Positions 1 to 10,475 of a stretch of 64,000 nucleotides of DNA are shown here, piece after piece. This stretch comes from an uncultured Poribacteria bacterium (GTDB taxonomy: Bacteria; Poribacteria; WGA-4E; WGA-3G), in contig OX638351.1 of the NCBI GenBank assembly GCA_951813565.1, forward strand, positions 3,168,001-3,232,000. The letters are read 5' to 3'. The position numbers were made by a program, and so were the translations under genes. Each line of letters starts with the position of its first letter. Position 1 is the stretch's first letter. Under the pieces are notes generated by a model. It saw only the letters and a list, made by a program, of their open reading frames with translations. It was not told the origin of the DNA and ran no database searches.

Positions 1-77
1 CCCTGCAATTATTGGTCAGAAAATACGGCAAAATTGAGAGTGCAGAATCTTATGTTAAAGAAGCTAAAAAAGTATTA

Positions 78-985
78 TAGTAAATCCCGTAATTACTTAT
101 ACACTTTTATAATATCATCAATAGAGGTCTCAGCGTTGTATTGACGTATCCGCTTGATGTTGGCGAAATCCTTCTCAATCGGGTTCAACTCCGGTGAATA
201 CGGCGGTAAAAACAACAAACTCGCACCGCAATCCCGGATCAATGCCGCCGTCTGTGAACCTTTGTGGAAAGACGCATTATCCATAATCACAACATGGCTA
301 TCGTCAAGCAATGGACACAACATTTCCGAAAGCCAACTGTTGAAGGCGACCGCGTCGCAACTGCCCTCGAAAAGCACAGGTGCTGTGAAACATCCATCAA
401 GCCTTGCAGCAATCAGCGTCGTGGTGGTATACCGATGGCTTGGCACTTTATCTTCAACACGGACACCTTTCGGGGCATAAGCATACCGACGGAAAGTGGT
501 TTCAGTGAAACCACTTTCGTCAAGATAAACCGGTGTTTTGCCATGCGCCTGTGTCTCTTGTTGAAGTGCCGAAAGATACTCTTGGCGTTTTATCGGACAC
601 TGTTCTTTGTAGGTCGTGGTCTTTTTTTTCGCGTGATATTGAGTTTTGAGAAGGCATAAAAGATGCCATTTGTTGAAACACCGAAGTGTTTAGCACGTTC
701 GGCGAGTGTGGAATCTGGGAAATCGGCAACATGTTGCTGAAGTGCGTCATAATCAATATCTCGGGGCCCTTTGGGTCCCGGTTTTTCACAGGCGAAGGGG
801 TCTTCTGCTTCCAACCAGTTATAGATCGTTCTTCTTGAGACACGAAAAGTGCGTTCTGCGGCGGCTTTACTGCCACCATTATTGATGAAATCAAGCACGC
901 GTTTGCGTAAATCTGTTGAATATGCCATAATTATAAAGGCTAGCATAAATCCCAGAAAATGTAAACTTATTTTCAATATCTACTA
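78..985 (-). mobile_element. IS630-family insertion sequence (908 bp)
   Basis: Ends TAGTAAAT... and ...ATCTACTA are imperfect inverted repeats. TA is duplicated at 76-77 and 986-987. Encodes an HTH ORF and a DDE ORF. Confidence 0.92.
93..928 (-). CDS. IS630 transposase produced by a -1 frameshift
   Basis: OrfA starts MAYSTDLRKRVLDF (HTH). An A8G slippery run at 621-629 joins it to the frame reading KKKTTTYKE...YLDESGF...MDNASFH...LPPYSPELNPIE (DDE_3 motifs). Confidence 0.9.
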
Positions 986-987
986 TA

Positions 988-1470
988 ATTGAATTCAATG
1001 TCTCTCCTTTTGGATTCGGTCCGTATCCTGAAGTTCCCACCAATTATCCGTTTCAGGAACGACTTTGGGATAATCCCACACCAGAGCATGAGTTGTTAAT
1101 CCGAGTTCAGATTAAGTTATGGAAACAAGGCACAAAGACTAAAGGGGCAGGGTTTGATCGTAGTAATGGTCTCATTTATCCGACTATTCCTGGTGTCCTT
1201 TACGTGAAATGGCGTTACATTGAAGAAGGTGATCCAAATTTAGTAGGGCGAAGATATGCCGGTAGAGTAAAAGGTGACGGAGAGACTGCTGAAAAGTGGC
1301 GATCTTTATACCTTGGTGAACGTATGTTTGAACGCACAGACGTAGCACCTGATGAAATTGAGAAAGCATCAGGCATAAAAGTTTATGTGTATCCAGATGG
1401 CATAAAAGTTTATGAGTATCCAGATGGAGGTATAGACCCTTACAAATTCCTTGGTTTACCGAGGGACTGA
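988..1470 (+). pseudogene. 3' part of a hypothetical ORF interrupted by IS630
   Basis: The frame is open from 988 (IEFNVSPFGFGPYPEVP...). Removing the IS and one TA joins it in frame to the open frame at 3-77 (...KEAKKVL). Confidence 0.65.
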
Positions 1471-1492
1471 AAGTGAACGGCTCTGAATTAAA

Positions 1493-3976
1493 CTAAATTC
1501 CATTAGGCATAACGGTATACACAAACCAGCACCGTCTCCCATCAGTTTTCAAAGTAATTGCACCGAGTTGATCCGTTCGCAACTGCACACAATTCCTCTC
1601 TTGATACCGCGTAACCACATCCGCATGCGGAAATTGAAACCGATTCCTTTGACCGAGCGAAAAGACAGCATAACGCGGCTGAACAGCATCTAAAAACTGC
1701 GCACTGCTTGACGTTCTGCTGCCGTGATGCGGCACCTTTATAATTTCTGCCCTCAAATCCTGCCGAGACGCGATTAAACGAGTTTCAGCCTTGGACTCAA
1801 TATCGCCAGTGAATAAGATGTCTACTTCTCCATAACTGAGTTTCATCACAAGCGAATCATCGTTTTTGTCTTCATCTATAAGATTGGTGGATGCTTCATC
1901 AATCGGGTGCAACAGATTAAGTGCAGCAGTAGGCGTCAATTCAATTGCACCTGCATACAGAAAAGAATAAGGAATACCTTGTGCTTTGGCAATACCGCGT
2001 AATCGTTGATGGGTTTGTGAATCAAGTTGCATGTCTGGTATACCGAGGATCCGCTTCACCTTAAAGTTTTGAAGAATGTATGCAAGTCCGCCGCCGTGGT
2101 CAATGTCCGGGTGCGTAAGCATCACCAAATCAAGTTTCCGAATACCATGTGCATCAAGATAAGGTTCAATAATTCGCTCACCTACGTCATACTCAACCTC
2201 TCTCTGACGCTTTTCATCATAATATGAACGTTGGATGCCGCCATCAATTAACATTGTTCGTCTATCAGGAAATCTGACAATAGATGCATCTCCTTGTCCG
2301 ACATCAAGCGTAATCACTTCTAATAAACGCCCTTTTTCATGGCATGCGCTGTCCCAAACCCAAAATGCCACAACCGATAACCCAATTAGGCTCGCAACTC
2401 TCCATTGCTTATAAACATATCGCCAATGGGTAATGCCTATACATACTGCTATGTAGACAACGATAAGACCTAACGTTGGCGGTGCTAACTTCATTACACC
2501 CCATTCCTGTCCAAAAATTCCGATGAATTTTAGAAATGTAAAGATGATAACATGATTAACCAGTGCCAGCAGCTTAGCAAGTGGTAGCCAGACAAATCCC
2601 AAACAGACTGAAACAATACCCGCTCCAACAATTAGCGTTACCAGAAGAATAGCAAACGGTCCAACGATTATACCGAGTGGGTATGCCCTATAAAAGTGAA
2701 AAGCGATAAGCGGTCCAGTGCCAAGTTGTGCAGCGAATGTCACAAGATAGGATAACACCAACCATTTCACTGCTGTGTTCTTAATTTTTTGAAGGCGACT
2801 AACATCACCAGATTCAGAAGACGCCCACAACTTCCGAATAGGTTTCTCCATTTTTGGAACAAAATAGACAATGGAGGCAACGGCAACAAACGAGAGTTGA
2901 AAGCCAACATCCCACAACTGCATTGGGTTTAAAAGGAGTAATACCAACGCAGCAAATGCAAGTAAATTATAAATGTCTGCCTCACGATCAATTATCGTGG
3001 CAAAAAGATATAGGGTTGCCATAAGTGAAGCACGGAAAACAGATGGGCGAAAACCGACCAAGCACGCGTAAATAAGCACTGCTAAAATCGTCAAAAAAGA
3101 AAGCACCTTCTTGGGAATTCGAAATGCGGATAACCCGACGTAGCAAAACATCGCAACAAGTCCAACATGTAGACCTGACACTGCCAACACATGAAAAGTG
3201 CCACTGTTACGAAAGATGTCTAAAGTTTCTGGTGGCACTTCGCTCCGTTTTCCGAGAAGTATCGCTTTGAGCAATTGCGCATGCAACGCGTCTGTTGGAG
3301 GGGTTTCTAACCCTGATGTATTTGTAGGAAAGGTATATAACCTACCATAGATATCATCAATAATCCGTTCCGTCCGCAGGCGAAGTGCTTCTATCCAACG
3401 CAGTGGTGGAAACCCAGATTGCTCACCAATGCGAAGCAATCCTTGATGATAGATTATACCAGAAACACCTTGCCGCGCAAGATAGGCACGATAGTCAAAA
3501 CCACCAGGATTTCTTTGTGTATTGGGTTGACGCAGCACGCCCGTCAGTGTTCCCTTTTTACCGTAACGTAGTGGGATACGTTCTTGAAACCTAATCAAAA
3601 ACTTTGCAGACGCTGCCTGATCGGGATCTGATAAGAGTTGAATCTGTCCGACAGCATAACCGGCTTCCCACTTTTCGCCGCGCTCCGGTTGGTAGACTGT
3701 TTTGCCTGTGAAACTAATCGGTTGGTTATAAAAATGGGTGGGTATTGATGGGACGGTGGCAATTTCCAATCTCAACATCCCACATGCAAAGACTGCAATA
3801 TGCAGTAACACGTAACAGACATATTTTGACCGAGTTTTTATTAGGAGGCTGCAGATAAGGCATATCAACACAGATAACCATAGCCAAAGAATTGGGATTG
3901 ATGTGTATTCACTTATGAAGATGCCGCTCAGAAACGGGATGAGGGAATAGAGCGCGGGTCGTGGTTTGAGTGCCAT
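1493..3976 (-). CDS. comEC: DNA internalization competence protein ComEC/Rec2
   Basis: NPGGFDY, competence domain HVLAVSGLHVG, and C-terminal metallo-beta-lactamase motifs LDVGQGD, THPDIDHGGG, KVPHHGS. Confidence 0.95.
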   Translation of the reverse strand: MALKPRPALYSLIPFLSGIFISEYTSIPILWLWLSVLICLICSLLIKTRSKYVCYVLLHIAVFACGMLRLEIATVPSIPTHFYNQPISFTGKTVYQPERGEKWEAGYAVGQIQLLSDPDQAASAKFLIRFQERIPLRYGKKGTLTGVLRQPNTQRNPGGFDYRAYLARQGVSGIIYHQGLLRIGEQSGFPPLRWIEALRLRTERIIDDIYGRLYTFPTNTSGLETPPTDALHAQLLKAILLGKRSEVPPETLDIFRNSGTFHVLAVSGLHVGLVAMFCYVGLSAFRIPKKVLSFLTILAVLIYACLVGFRPSVFRASLMATLYLFATIIDREADIYNLLAFAALVLLLLNPMQLWDVGFQLSFVAVASIVYFVPKMEKPIRKLWASSESGDVSRLQKIKNTAVKWLVLSYLVTFAAQLGTGPLIAFHFYRAYPLGIIVGPFAILLVTLIVGAGIVSVCLGFVWLPLAKLLALVNHVIIFTFLKFIGIFGQEWGVMKLAPPTLGLIVVYIAVCIGITHWRYVYKQWRVASLIGLSVVAFWVWDSACHEKGRLLEVITLDVGQGDASIVRFPDRRTMLIDGGIQRSYYDEKRQREVEYDVGERIIEPYLDAHGIRKLDLVMLTHPDIDHGGGLAYILQNFKVKRILGIPDMQLDSQTHQRLRGIAKAQGIPYSFLYAGAIELTPTAALNLLHPIDEASTNLIDEDKNDDSLVMKLSYGEVDILFTGDIESKAETRLIASRQDLRAEIIKVPHHGSRTSSSAQFLDAVQPRYAVFSLGQRNRFQFPHADVVTRYQERNCVQLRTDQLGAITLKTDGRRCWFVYTVMPNGI

Positions 3977-4117
3977 TTTGTTGTATAAAATTTGCGGTGG
4001 GTATTTGCCCCATTATATTGAATGCTATGAAAATTATCAAGGTTATGTTTAGGGTCATGGACTCCCAGAGGCATTCAATTTTGCAATAATTTCTTCTTTT
4101 CTCTAAAACCTCTTCCT

Positions 4118-4144
4118 GTAGGAGCGAACTCCAGCTCGCGACCA
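4118..4144 (+). repeat. REP-like GTAG hairpin (GTAGGAGCG family)
   Basis: GTAGGAGCGAACTCCAGCTCGCGACC. Relatives occur near 11289, 36868, 41025 and 55222. Confidence 0.6.
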
Positions 4145-4203
4145 TGTCCAAAATGTTAAGAAAATCACGAGAACTGAATGGCTCTGGAACTCCCGAAACC
4201 TGC

Positions 4204-4232
4204 TTGACATTTGCTGCTATTTCTGATATTAT
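4204..4232 (+). promoter_or_regulatory. sigma-70-type promoter
   Basis: TTGACA-17 nt-TATTAT upstream of the ORF at 4272. Confidence 0.55.
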
Positions 4233-4271
4233 ATCAATATACTTATCAAGAATATAGATGGAAAGGAAACC

Positions 4272-6203
4272 ATGCAGAACGCTTACTCTCTCTTTTCATT
4301 AACAAGTCTTGTCCTGATATTCTTACTATTTACAAGCATTGCGTCCGGCCAGCAGTATGTCATCGTCGAGATGGAAAACGGCGACAGACTCACCGGCACA
4401 TGGCGCGGTGCTACCGATACACACTTTGAAATTGAATATAACGGACAGGTTATAAGACTTCCATTACAAGGACATACGTTAACATTTGTCTCAAAACTGG
4501 AAAATGTCCCAGACAGAACCGCAGCAAAACATTTTCGTAATGGACGCGACCTGTTAGATTTAAATTTTCCTGAATTAGCAAAGCGAAAATTTGAAAAGGC
4601 ATTAGAAGAATTTCCCAAGTTTGCAGATGCACATTACCAACTCGGATTACTTTATAAAACAGACGGTGACTTTGCAAAAGCATTGGAACGGTTTCGTTCT
4701 GTCGCCCTGATAGATGCACAGAAATTTGACCTTGTGCCGCAACTACAAGAGATTGGGGATAATGCGATTGCTACGATTGATGATAATGTGGTTGCTATGG
4801 AAAAGTATGCACAAGCAGTTGATGCCTTCCAATTAATACTTAAGCATTACCCCGAACATGAATCGGTCCCAACACTTACCTACCGCGTCGGATTTCTGTT
4901 GATGAAACAATTGAAGGACACTATGGCAGGGCTTGAATTGTTGCAGACAGCAGTCAAAGATTTTTCTAATGTCCCTGAACATGAGGAGGCTGTTTACCAG
5001 ATAGGGGTTTTGCAAGCTGAAACAGGTGAACCTGAAAAAGCTTTAAATACTTTGAAACAATTCAGTAGGATCTACCCAGAAAGCGATTGGGTGGATGATG
5101 CTCACTTAAAACGAGCAATAATCTATTTACAAGTCGGTGACAGAGAAAACGCTGTTAACTTAGCGAACCTCGTACGGCAAAATACCGATGATCCCAACAT
5201 TTTTGAACAAGCAAACGACGTATTACAAGCAAGTGCTTGGGACATCTACACAGACAAATTACCTGATCCTAATATCCAGACCATTGCAGTTGATGGAACA
5301 TCGCTCTGGATAGGTACACCAAAAGGGATAGCCCAGATCGAAACTGACGGCAATGGCGGATGGAAAGCGATTGAAGGTGCCGCATGGCGAATTAACGAAC
5401 ATGCTTCCACAGCACCTGATGTCCGCGCAATTGTAGTAAACGAATCTGAAGTATGGGTTGGCACCCGAAATCAAGGCATCATACACTTTAATAAAGAAAA
5501 GAACGAAGTAACAAATTACACAATTGCCAACGGTTTGCCAAGCATGTGGATCCGAGACATCAAGATGGATAACGAGGAAATTTGGTTGGCAACAGATGTT
5601 GGTGCGATGCGCCAAAATCTTAAAACCGGAATACAGAACCATTATAATAAAGAAAACAGCGATATCCCTAACGATATTCACTCTATAGCCCTAACACCTG
5701 ATACTGTATGGATAGGCACATCAGGCGATAACATCGCTATTTTTGATCGGGAATCAGGAGTCTGGAACTCTCAGCGTTTTACAAAAATAGAACCAGAAAC
5801 ACAGATTGTAAGGTTTGATGTTGTTGAAAACAAAATACTATTTTCTTGGTATAATGAAAGTGAAGAAAACCAGGGGAACGGCTTTTTTAAGGCAAACTGG
5901 GATGGTACGGATGGAGATTCTTATCCCGTGAGAGCCGATTTAGAGGAAAAGGAAGAGTTAGATGACATCTACGTTACTGGAGTTGCTGGCAAAGAATACG
6001 TATGGGTTGCTGTGAATGACTATATTGCAATCTATTATCCCGATATTGGTGAATATGATGACAACACTATTGATTATCCCAAAATAGTGTTGGATGATTT
6101 ATCTATTCAGTGCATTGCAATTAACAATGATCGCGCTTGGATAGGCACTAACAAAGGCATGCTTATGATAGATAAACAGAAATTCAGTCAGACGACAGAA
6201 TAG
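4272..6203 (+). CDS. Secreted TPR (BamD/CpoB-like repeats) plus beta-propeller protein
   Basis: Signal peptide, TPR motifs (ADAHYQLGLLY, YPESDWVDDA), and C-terminal LWIGT/VWVGT propeller repeats. Confidence 0.75.
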   Translation: MQNAYSLFSLTSLVLIFLLFTSIASGQQYVIVEMENGDRLTGTWRGATDTHFEIEYNGQVIRLPLQGHTLTFVSKLENVPDRTAAKHFRNGRDLLDLNFPELAKRKFEKALEEFPKFADAHYQLGLLYKTDGDFAKALERFRSVALIDAQKFDLVPQLQEIGDNAIATIDDNVVAMEKYAQAVDAFQLILKHYPEHESVPTLTYRVGFLLMKQLKDTMAGLELLQTAVKDFSNVPEHEEAVYQIGVLQAETGEPEKALNTLKQFSRIYPESDWVDDAHLKRAIIYLQVGDRENAVNLANLVRQNTDDPNIFEQANDVLQASAWDIYTDKLPDPNIQTIAVDGTSLWIGTPKGIAQIETDGNGGWKAIEGAAWRINEHASTAPDVRAIVVNESEVWVGTRNQGIIHFNKEKNEVTNYTIANGLPSMWIRDIKMDNEEIWLATDVGAMRQNLKTGIQNHYNKENSDIPNDIHSIALTPDTVWIGTSGDNIAIFDRESGVWNSQRFTKIEPETQIVRFDVVENKILFSWYNESEENQGNGFFKANWDGTDGDSYPVRADLEEKEELDDIYVTGVAGKEYVWVAVNDYIAIYYPDIGEYDDNTIDYPKIVLDDLSIQCIAINNDRAWIGTNKGMLMIDKQKFSQTTE

Positions 6204-6238
6204 GGTTTCGGACAACCTAACATTTCACGTACCTAACC

Positions 6239-7090
6239 ATGCAACAACAGACATGTACAAAGCAGGTCATCCGCTGGAATCAGTCAAAATCGACGTCTGT
6301 TGAAGACGAATTGGTCGTTGAAGAACCGCTTGAAATTCGGGTAGGACAGCAGAGTTTAATCGTTGTCATGCGGACACCAGGACATGATTTTGAACTCGCA
6401 GCGGGTTTCCTTTATACCGAAAGCCTCATAAAATCTGTAAACGATATTGAAATCATAGCATACTGCGATGATGATAACGCCACAGCAAAAGATAACGACC
6501 AGCATGCGCTCCTATCTGAGATGCAAAATATCGTCAACGTCCGATTAGTTAAAGACTTGAATCTTGAGGAGCAACAAGGATGGCAGCGAAATTTCCACGC
6601 AAATGCAAGCTGCGGTCTCTGCGGTAAGATGACAATTGAATCCGTAAAACACCAAGTTACACCATTAGATTTGACATTCCGCTTGAATCAAACAGTGTTT
6701 TACAAACTCAATGATCAACTGCGAGCCGCACAATCAGTCTTCGAAAAAACAGGCGGACTGCATGCAGCAGGGCTTTTTGATGAAAATGGTAAACTCCTCA
6801 TTGTCAGAGAGGATATAGGCAGACACAACGCAGTTGATAAAGTCATCGGACAAGCGTTACTATCAGATATGCTACCACTTGACAAACACGTTTTGATGGT
6901 AAGTGGACGCGCAAGTTTTGAAATCGTACAGAAAGCACTGTTTGCACGAATTCCTATCGTTGTTGCTGTTTCGGCTGCATCCACACTCGCTGTTGACTTG
7001 GCAGATGAAGGAAATCTCACGTTAATCGGTTTCATGCGGGGAAAGCGTATGGCAGTTTACAGCCACCCTAATCGGATACGCAGTGGATAG
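6239..7090 (+). CDS. fdhD: Formate dehydrogenase accessory sulfurtransferase FdhD
   Basis: EEPLEI, MRTPG, SCGLCG, TGGLHAA, EDIGRHNAVDK. Confidence 0.95.
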   Translation: MQQQTCTKQVIRWNQSKSTSVEDELVVEEPLEIRVGQQSLIVVMRTPGHDFELAAGFLYTESLIKSVNDIEIIAYCDDDNATAKDNDQHALLSEMQNIVNVRLVKDLNLEEQQGWQRNFHANASCGLCGKMTIESVKHQVTPLDLTFRLNQTVFYKLNDQLRAAQSVFEKTGGLHAAGLFDENGKLLIVREDIGRHNAVDKVIGQALLSDMLPLDKHVLMVSGRASFEIVQKALFARIPIVVAVSAASTLAVDLADEGNLTLIGFMRGKRMAVYSHPNRIRSG

Positions 7091-7098
7091 GGAAAATC

Positions 7099-7134
7099 GA
7101 AAAAAGATAGCAATAGGTTTTTCCTATCTTTTTC
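7099..7134. terminator. Probable intrinsic terminator after fdhD
   Basis: GAAAAAAGATAG ... CTATCTTTTTC inverted repeat. Confidence 0.5.
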
Positions 7135-7184
7135 AAACGGAATGTCTCTATTGTGACAAGTAAAACTATAAGGAGTAAATTTTC

Positions 7185-7472
7185 ATGTATTCCATTTTGA
7201 GCGGCATCCAAGGACTGGTTAACCTACTGTTTTTTGTTGCTATTGTTGGCACTATAGGTGTTTCGTGGGTTTTCGCGGATCGGTTGCACAAACGCCATAA
7301 TGCTGATTTTCCGTGGGGTAAAGCTTTAGCAATAATCGGTATTGAAGTTCTTACCATGATAGCCTTTAACATCTTCTTTGAAATTTTCAAAGCAAATTGG
7401 TTGTGGATTTCCATTGTCGGGATTATTGTGATTTTCATCATTCTCTCGCGAAAAAAGCGAAAATATGTCTGA
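7185..7472 (+). CDS. Small membrane protein (3 TM)
   Basis: AAGGAG RBS, three hydrophobic segments and a basic C-terminus. Confidence 0.7.
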   Translation: MYSILSGIQGLVNLLFFVAIVGTIGVSWVFADRLHKRHNADFPWGKALAIIGIEVLTMIAFNIFFEIFKANWLWISIVGIIVIFIILSRKKRKYV

Positions 7473-7538
7473 AGAAATAGTATGTGGGGTAAAGGTTGAT
7501 TCTACATCATTACCTCACATTTTTGAAAGGAGATAACT

Positions 7539-8591
7539 ATGCCTCGAACCGGTAGAGCCGTAGTTGCTTATGGTAAAGATTTTGAGGTCCGCGAATACCC
7601 CGTGCCTGACCCTGCTCCCAACACGCTGCTGCTCCGTCAAGAGTTAGCTGGTATCTGCGGCACTGACCTTCATAACTGGCAAAACGGCTTCAAAACAGAA
7701 ATTCTATTGGGACATGAAAATGTCGGTATCGTTGAAGCAATTGGCGAAGGCGTGAAAACCGATTATGTCGGCAAGTCAATCAAAGAGGGAGACAGGGTTA
7801 TATTCGCACCTGGCACCGACTACGGCGGGTACGGTTTTCAATGGAATCCTGATGAAGCACCACATTTCCGCGGTGGGTTTGCTGATTACATGTATCTCAC
7901 CTATCCCAATACTTGTTTTATGAAAACAGATGTTTCACCAGAGGTCGCTGTCCTTACAGAACCTTTTACTGTTGGTGTTCATGCAGTCATGCGAGGTGAT
8001 ATAAAATTCGGTGATACCGTCGTTGTCCAAGGCTCTGGAGCAATTGGTTTGGTAACACTTGCCTGCGCAAAATTGAGCGGTGCAGGAAAAATAATTATGG
8101 TCGGTGGTCCTGCCGGACGGTTGGAACTGGCAAAACGCCTCGGGGCTGATGTTACAATTGATATAGAAGAAGTCACCTCCGCTGAGGAGCGGACAGAACT
8201 CGTCCAAGCTGAAACACCTCGTAATGCTGGTGCTGATGTGGTCTTTGAATGTGCAGGTTTCCTTCCTGCGACACCAGAAGGATTAGGTTACACTCGCCGT
8301 AGCGGCACTTTCGTAGAAGTCGGTCACTTTGTTGATATGGGTTCAATTGATTTCAATATCAATCAGTTGCTCATGCGCAAAAATCTTCGCGTTGAAGCAA
8401 TCTGGGGGAGTCAATACGAGCATTTCGTCCGAGGACTTCCGCTCCTTGAAAAAAGTGATTTGCCTTTTGCTGATATGGTGAGTCATCAGTTACCACTTTC
8501 ACAGGTTGAAGATGGATTTAAGGCACTTGATGGCGGATATCGAATTAATGGCGAGACGGCAATTAAAATTGCTGTCCGCGCTGAGGAATAA
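7539..8591 (+). CDS. Zinc-binding (MDR) dehydrogenase
   Basis: GICGTD, GHE, GSGAIG. Lacks the four-Cys structural-zinc lobe. Confidence 0.9.
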   Translation: MPRTGRAVVAYGKDFEVREYPVPDPAPNTLLLRQELAGICGTDLHNWQNGFKTEILLGHENVGIVEAIGEGVKTDYVGKSIKEGDRVIFAPGTDYGGYGFQWNPDEAPHFRGGFADYMYLTYPNTCFMKTDVSPEVAVLTEPFTVGVHAVMRGDIKFGDTVVVQGSGAIGLVTLACAKLSGAGKIIMVGGPAGRLELAKRLGADVTIDIEEVTSAEERTELVQAETPRNAGADVVFECAGFLPATPEGLGYTRRSGTFVEVGHFVDMGSIDFNINQLLMRKNLRVEAIWGSQYEHFVRGLPLLEKSDLPFADMVSHQLPLSQVEDGFKALDGGYRINGETAIKIAVRAEE

Positions 8592-8627
8592 GTAAAAACA
8601 AATAATTGAACATAGGAGATATAATTT

Positions 8628-9647
8628 ATGTCAAAAACCTATCGCGTTGGCTTTGCTTCGTTAGTGCACGACCATGTCTGGGGTGAACTGAATCGGTGGA
8701 AAGAACATCCAAACGTTGAGATCGTCGCTGCAGGCGATGTCAACGCGGAATTACGCGACCAATTCAAATCAGAAACGGGTGTTGAAACCGTCTACGATTC
8801 TTGGCAAGAATTGCTGGATAAAGAGGAATTAGACATTATTCAAGCATGTGCAGAAAATAACGCTGGACCGGAAATCGTTGAATCTGCAGCATCTAAAGGC
8901 ATCCATGTAGTTTCTGAAAAACCGATGTCAGCACGGTTATCACAAGCGGATCAAATGCTTAACGCTGCGCAAAACGCTGGTATCTCCCTGATGATTAATT
9001 GGCCTACTGCATGGAGTCCCGCGCTGAATTTTGCCATGGAGCTTATCAAAGACGGTGCAATCGGTGATGTTTTCTATTTTAAATGGCGTTCAGCACATAA
9101 TGGGCCAAAAGAAATCGGATGTTCCCGCTATTTCTACGAGTGGCTATATGATGAAGAGAAAAATGGTGCAGGCGCGTTGATGGATTACTGCTGTTATTGT
9201 GCTGATATGTGCGCTTATCTACTCGGTTTACCTGAGCAGGTAACCGCCTTCCGAGGAACGTTTGTTAAAGATTATCCTCTCCCTGACGACAATGCCGTTA
9301 TCCTCATGAAATACGGCAATGCATTCGGTATCACAGAAGCATCGTGGACACAAAAAACAGGCTATGTCACCCCAAATCCTGTGGTTTACGGCACCGAAGG
9401 CGCTTTGACAGTAACTGGCAACCAAGTAAATCTGAGTCCCGCAGGCGGTGATGCTCAAGTTATAGAACCTGACCCACTTCCAGAAGGTATGCGGAACGCT
9501 CCAGAATACTTGATCCACTGCCTCGAAACTGGTGAACCGATAGATGGTTTGTGCTGCCCGTATATAAGCCGAGATGCACAAGAAATCTTGGAGGCAGGAC
9601 TTGTTTCTGCAGATAGCGGGCAAGTTGTTAATTTACCGATGACATAA
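8628..9647 (+). CDS. Gfo/Idh/MocA oxidoreductase
   Basis: HVVSEKPM motif and GAGALMDYCCY. Confidence 0.9.
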   Translation: MSKTYRVGFASLVHDHVWGELNRWKEHPNVEIVAAGDVNAELRDQFKSETGVETVYDSWQELLDKEELDIIQACAENNAGPEIVESAASKGIHVVSEKPMSARLSQADQMLNAAQNAGISLMINWPTAWSPALNFAMELIKDGAIGDVFYFKWRSAHNGPKEIGCSRYFYEWLYDEEKNGAGALMDYCCYCADMCAYLLGLPEQVTAFRGTFVKDYPLPDDNAVILMKYGNAFGITEASWTQKTGYVTPNPVVYGTEGALTVTGNQVNLSPAGGDAQVIEPDPLPEGMRNAPEYLIHCLETGEPIDGLCCPYISRDAQEILEAGLVSADSGQVVNLPMT

Positions 9648-9714
9648 ATAGACGATAATTTATATAATTTCTTGGACTCTTTTCACCAACTAATTTCAAA
9701 CAAGGAGAACCTAA

Positions 9715-10473
9715 TTGAGCGAAAGAATACCAATAGCCTTACAGTTATATTCCGTTAGAGAAGATTGTGCAAAAGACCTTTCCCTTGCACTTCAGGCAGT
9801 TGCACAGATGGGATATGAAGGTGTTGAATTTGCTGGCTACTACGACCGAACCGCCGAAGAATTGCGCGGCATGTGTGATGACCTTGAATTAAAAGTCGTT
9901 GGCACACATACAGGATTGAACACACTCCTCGGCGACACACTCACCAAGACAGTGGAATTCAATAAAATTCTTGGCAATCCCTATCTGATTGTTCCGGGCT
10001 TGGGGGGAGAGCACACAAATTCGCAAGAAGCGTGGCGAAACACAGCAAAACTTTTCAACGAAATCGCAGAAAAAATCGCTGACCAAGGCATGTTCACTGG
10101 CTATCACAACCACACAGGTGAATTTAAACCTTTAGACGGTGAAGTGCCGTGGGATACATTCGCAAGCAACACTCATGACAGTGTTGTCCTGCAAATTGAC
10201 ACTGGACACGTCCTCCGCGCAGGTGCCGACAATGTCCCGTTTATTGAACGTTATCCAGGCAGATCAAAACTGGTCCATATCAAAGAATACTCTGCCACGA
10301 ATGACAAGGCACTCATCGGAGAAGGGGATATACCGTGGGACGATCTGTTCCATGCCTTTGAAACCGTCGGCGGCACCGAATGGTACATCGTAGAGCAAGA
10401 AAGTTATGCGTATCCGCCGCTTGAATGTGCCGAAAAATGTATTGAAAATCTACGAAAGATGGGGAAAATTTAG
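9715..10473 (+). CDS. Sugar phosphate isomerase/epimerase (xylose isomerase-like TIM barrel)
   Basis: LQLYSVR, GYEGVEFAG, YHNH, DTGH, VHIKE, YIVEQE. Confidence 0.9.
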   Translation: MSERIPIALQLYSVREDCAKDLSLALQAVAQMGYEGVEFAGYYDRTAEELRGMCDDLELKVVGTHTGLNTLLGDTLTKTVEFNKILGNPYLIVPGLGGEHTNSQEAWRNTAKLFNEIAEKIADQGMFTGYHNHTGEFKPLDGEVPWDTFASNTHDSVVLQIDTGHVLRAGADNVPFIERYPGRSKLVHIKEYSATNDKALIGEGDIPWDDLFHAFETVGGTEWYIVEQESYAYPPLECAEKCIENLRKMGKI

Positions 10474-10475
10474 GT

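Noticed and set aside
590..630. IS630 transposase as a frameshifted pseudogene
   Set aside because: The break is at an A8G run, the usual programmed frameshift position in this family, and both parts are otherwise intact.
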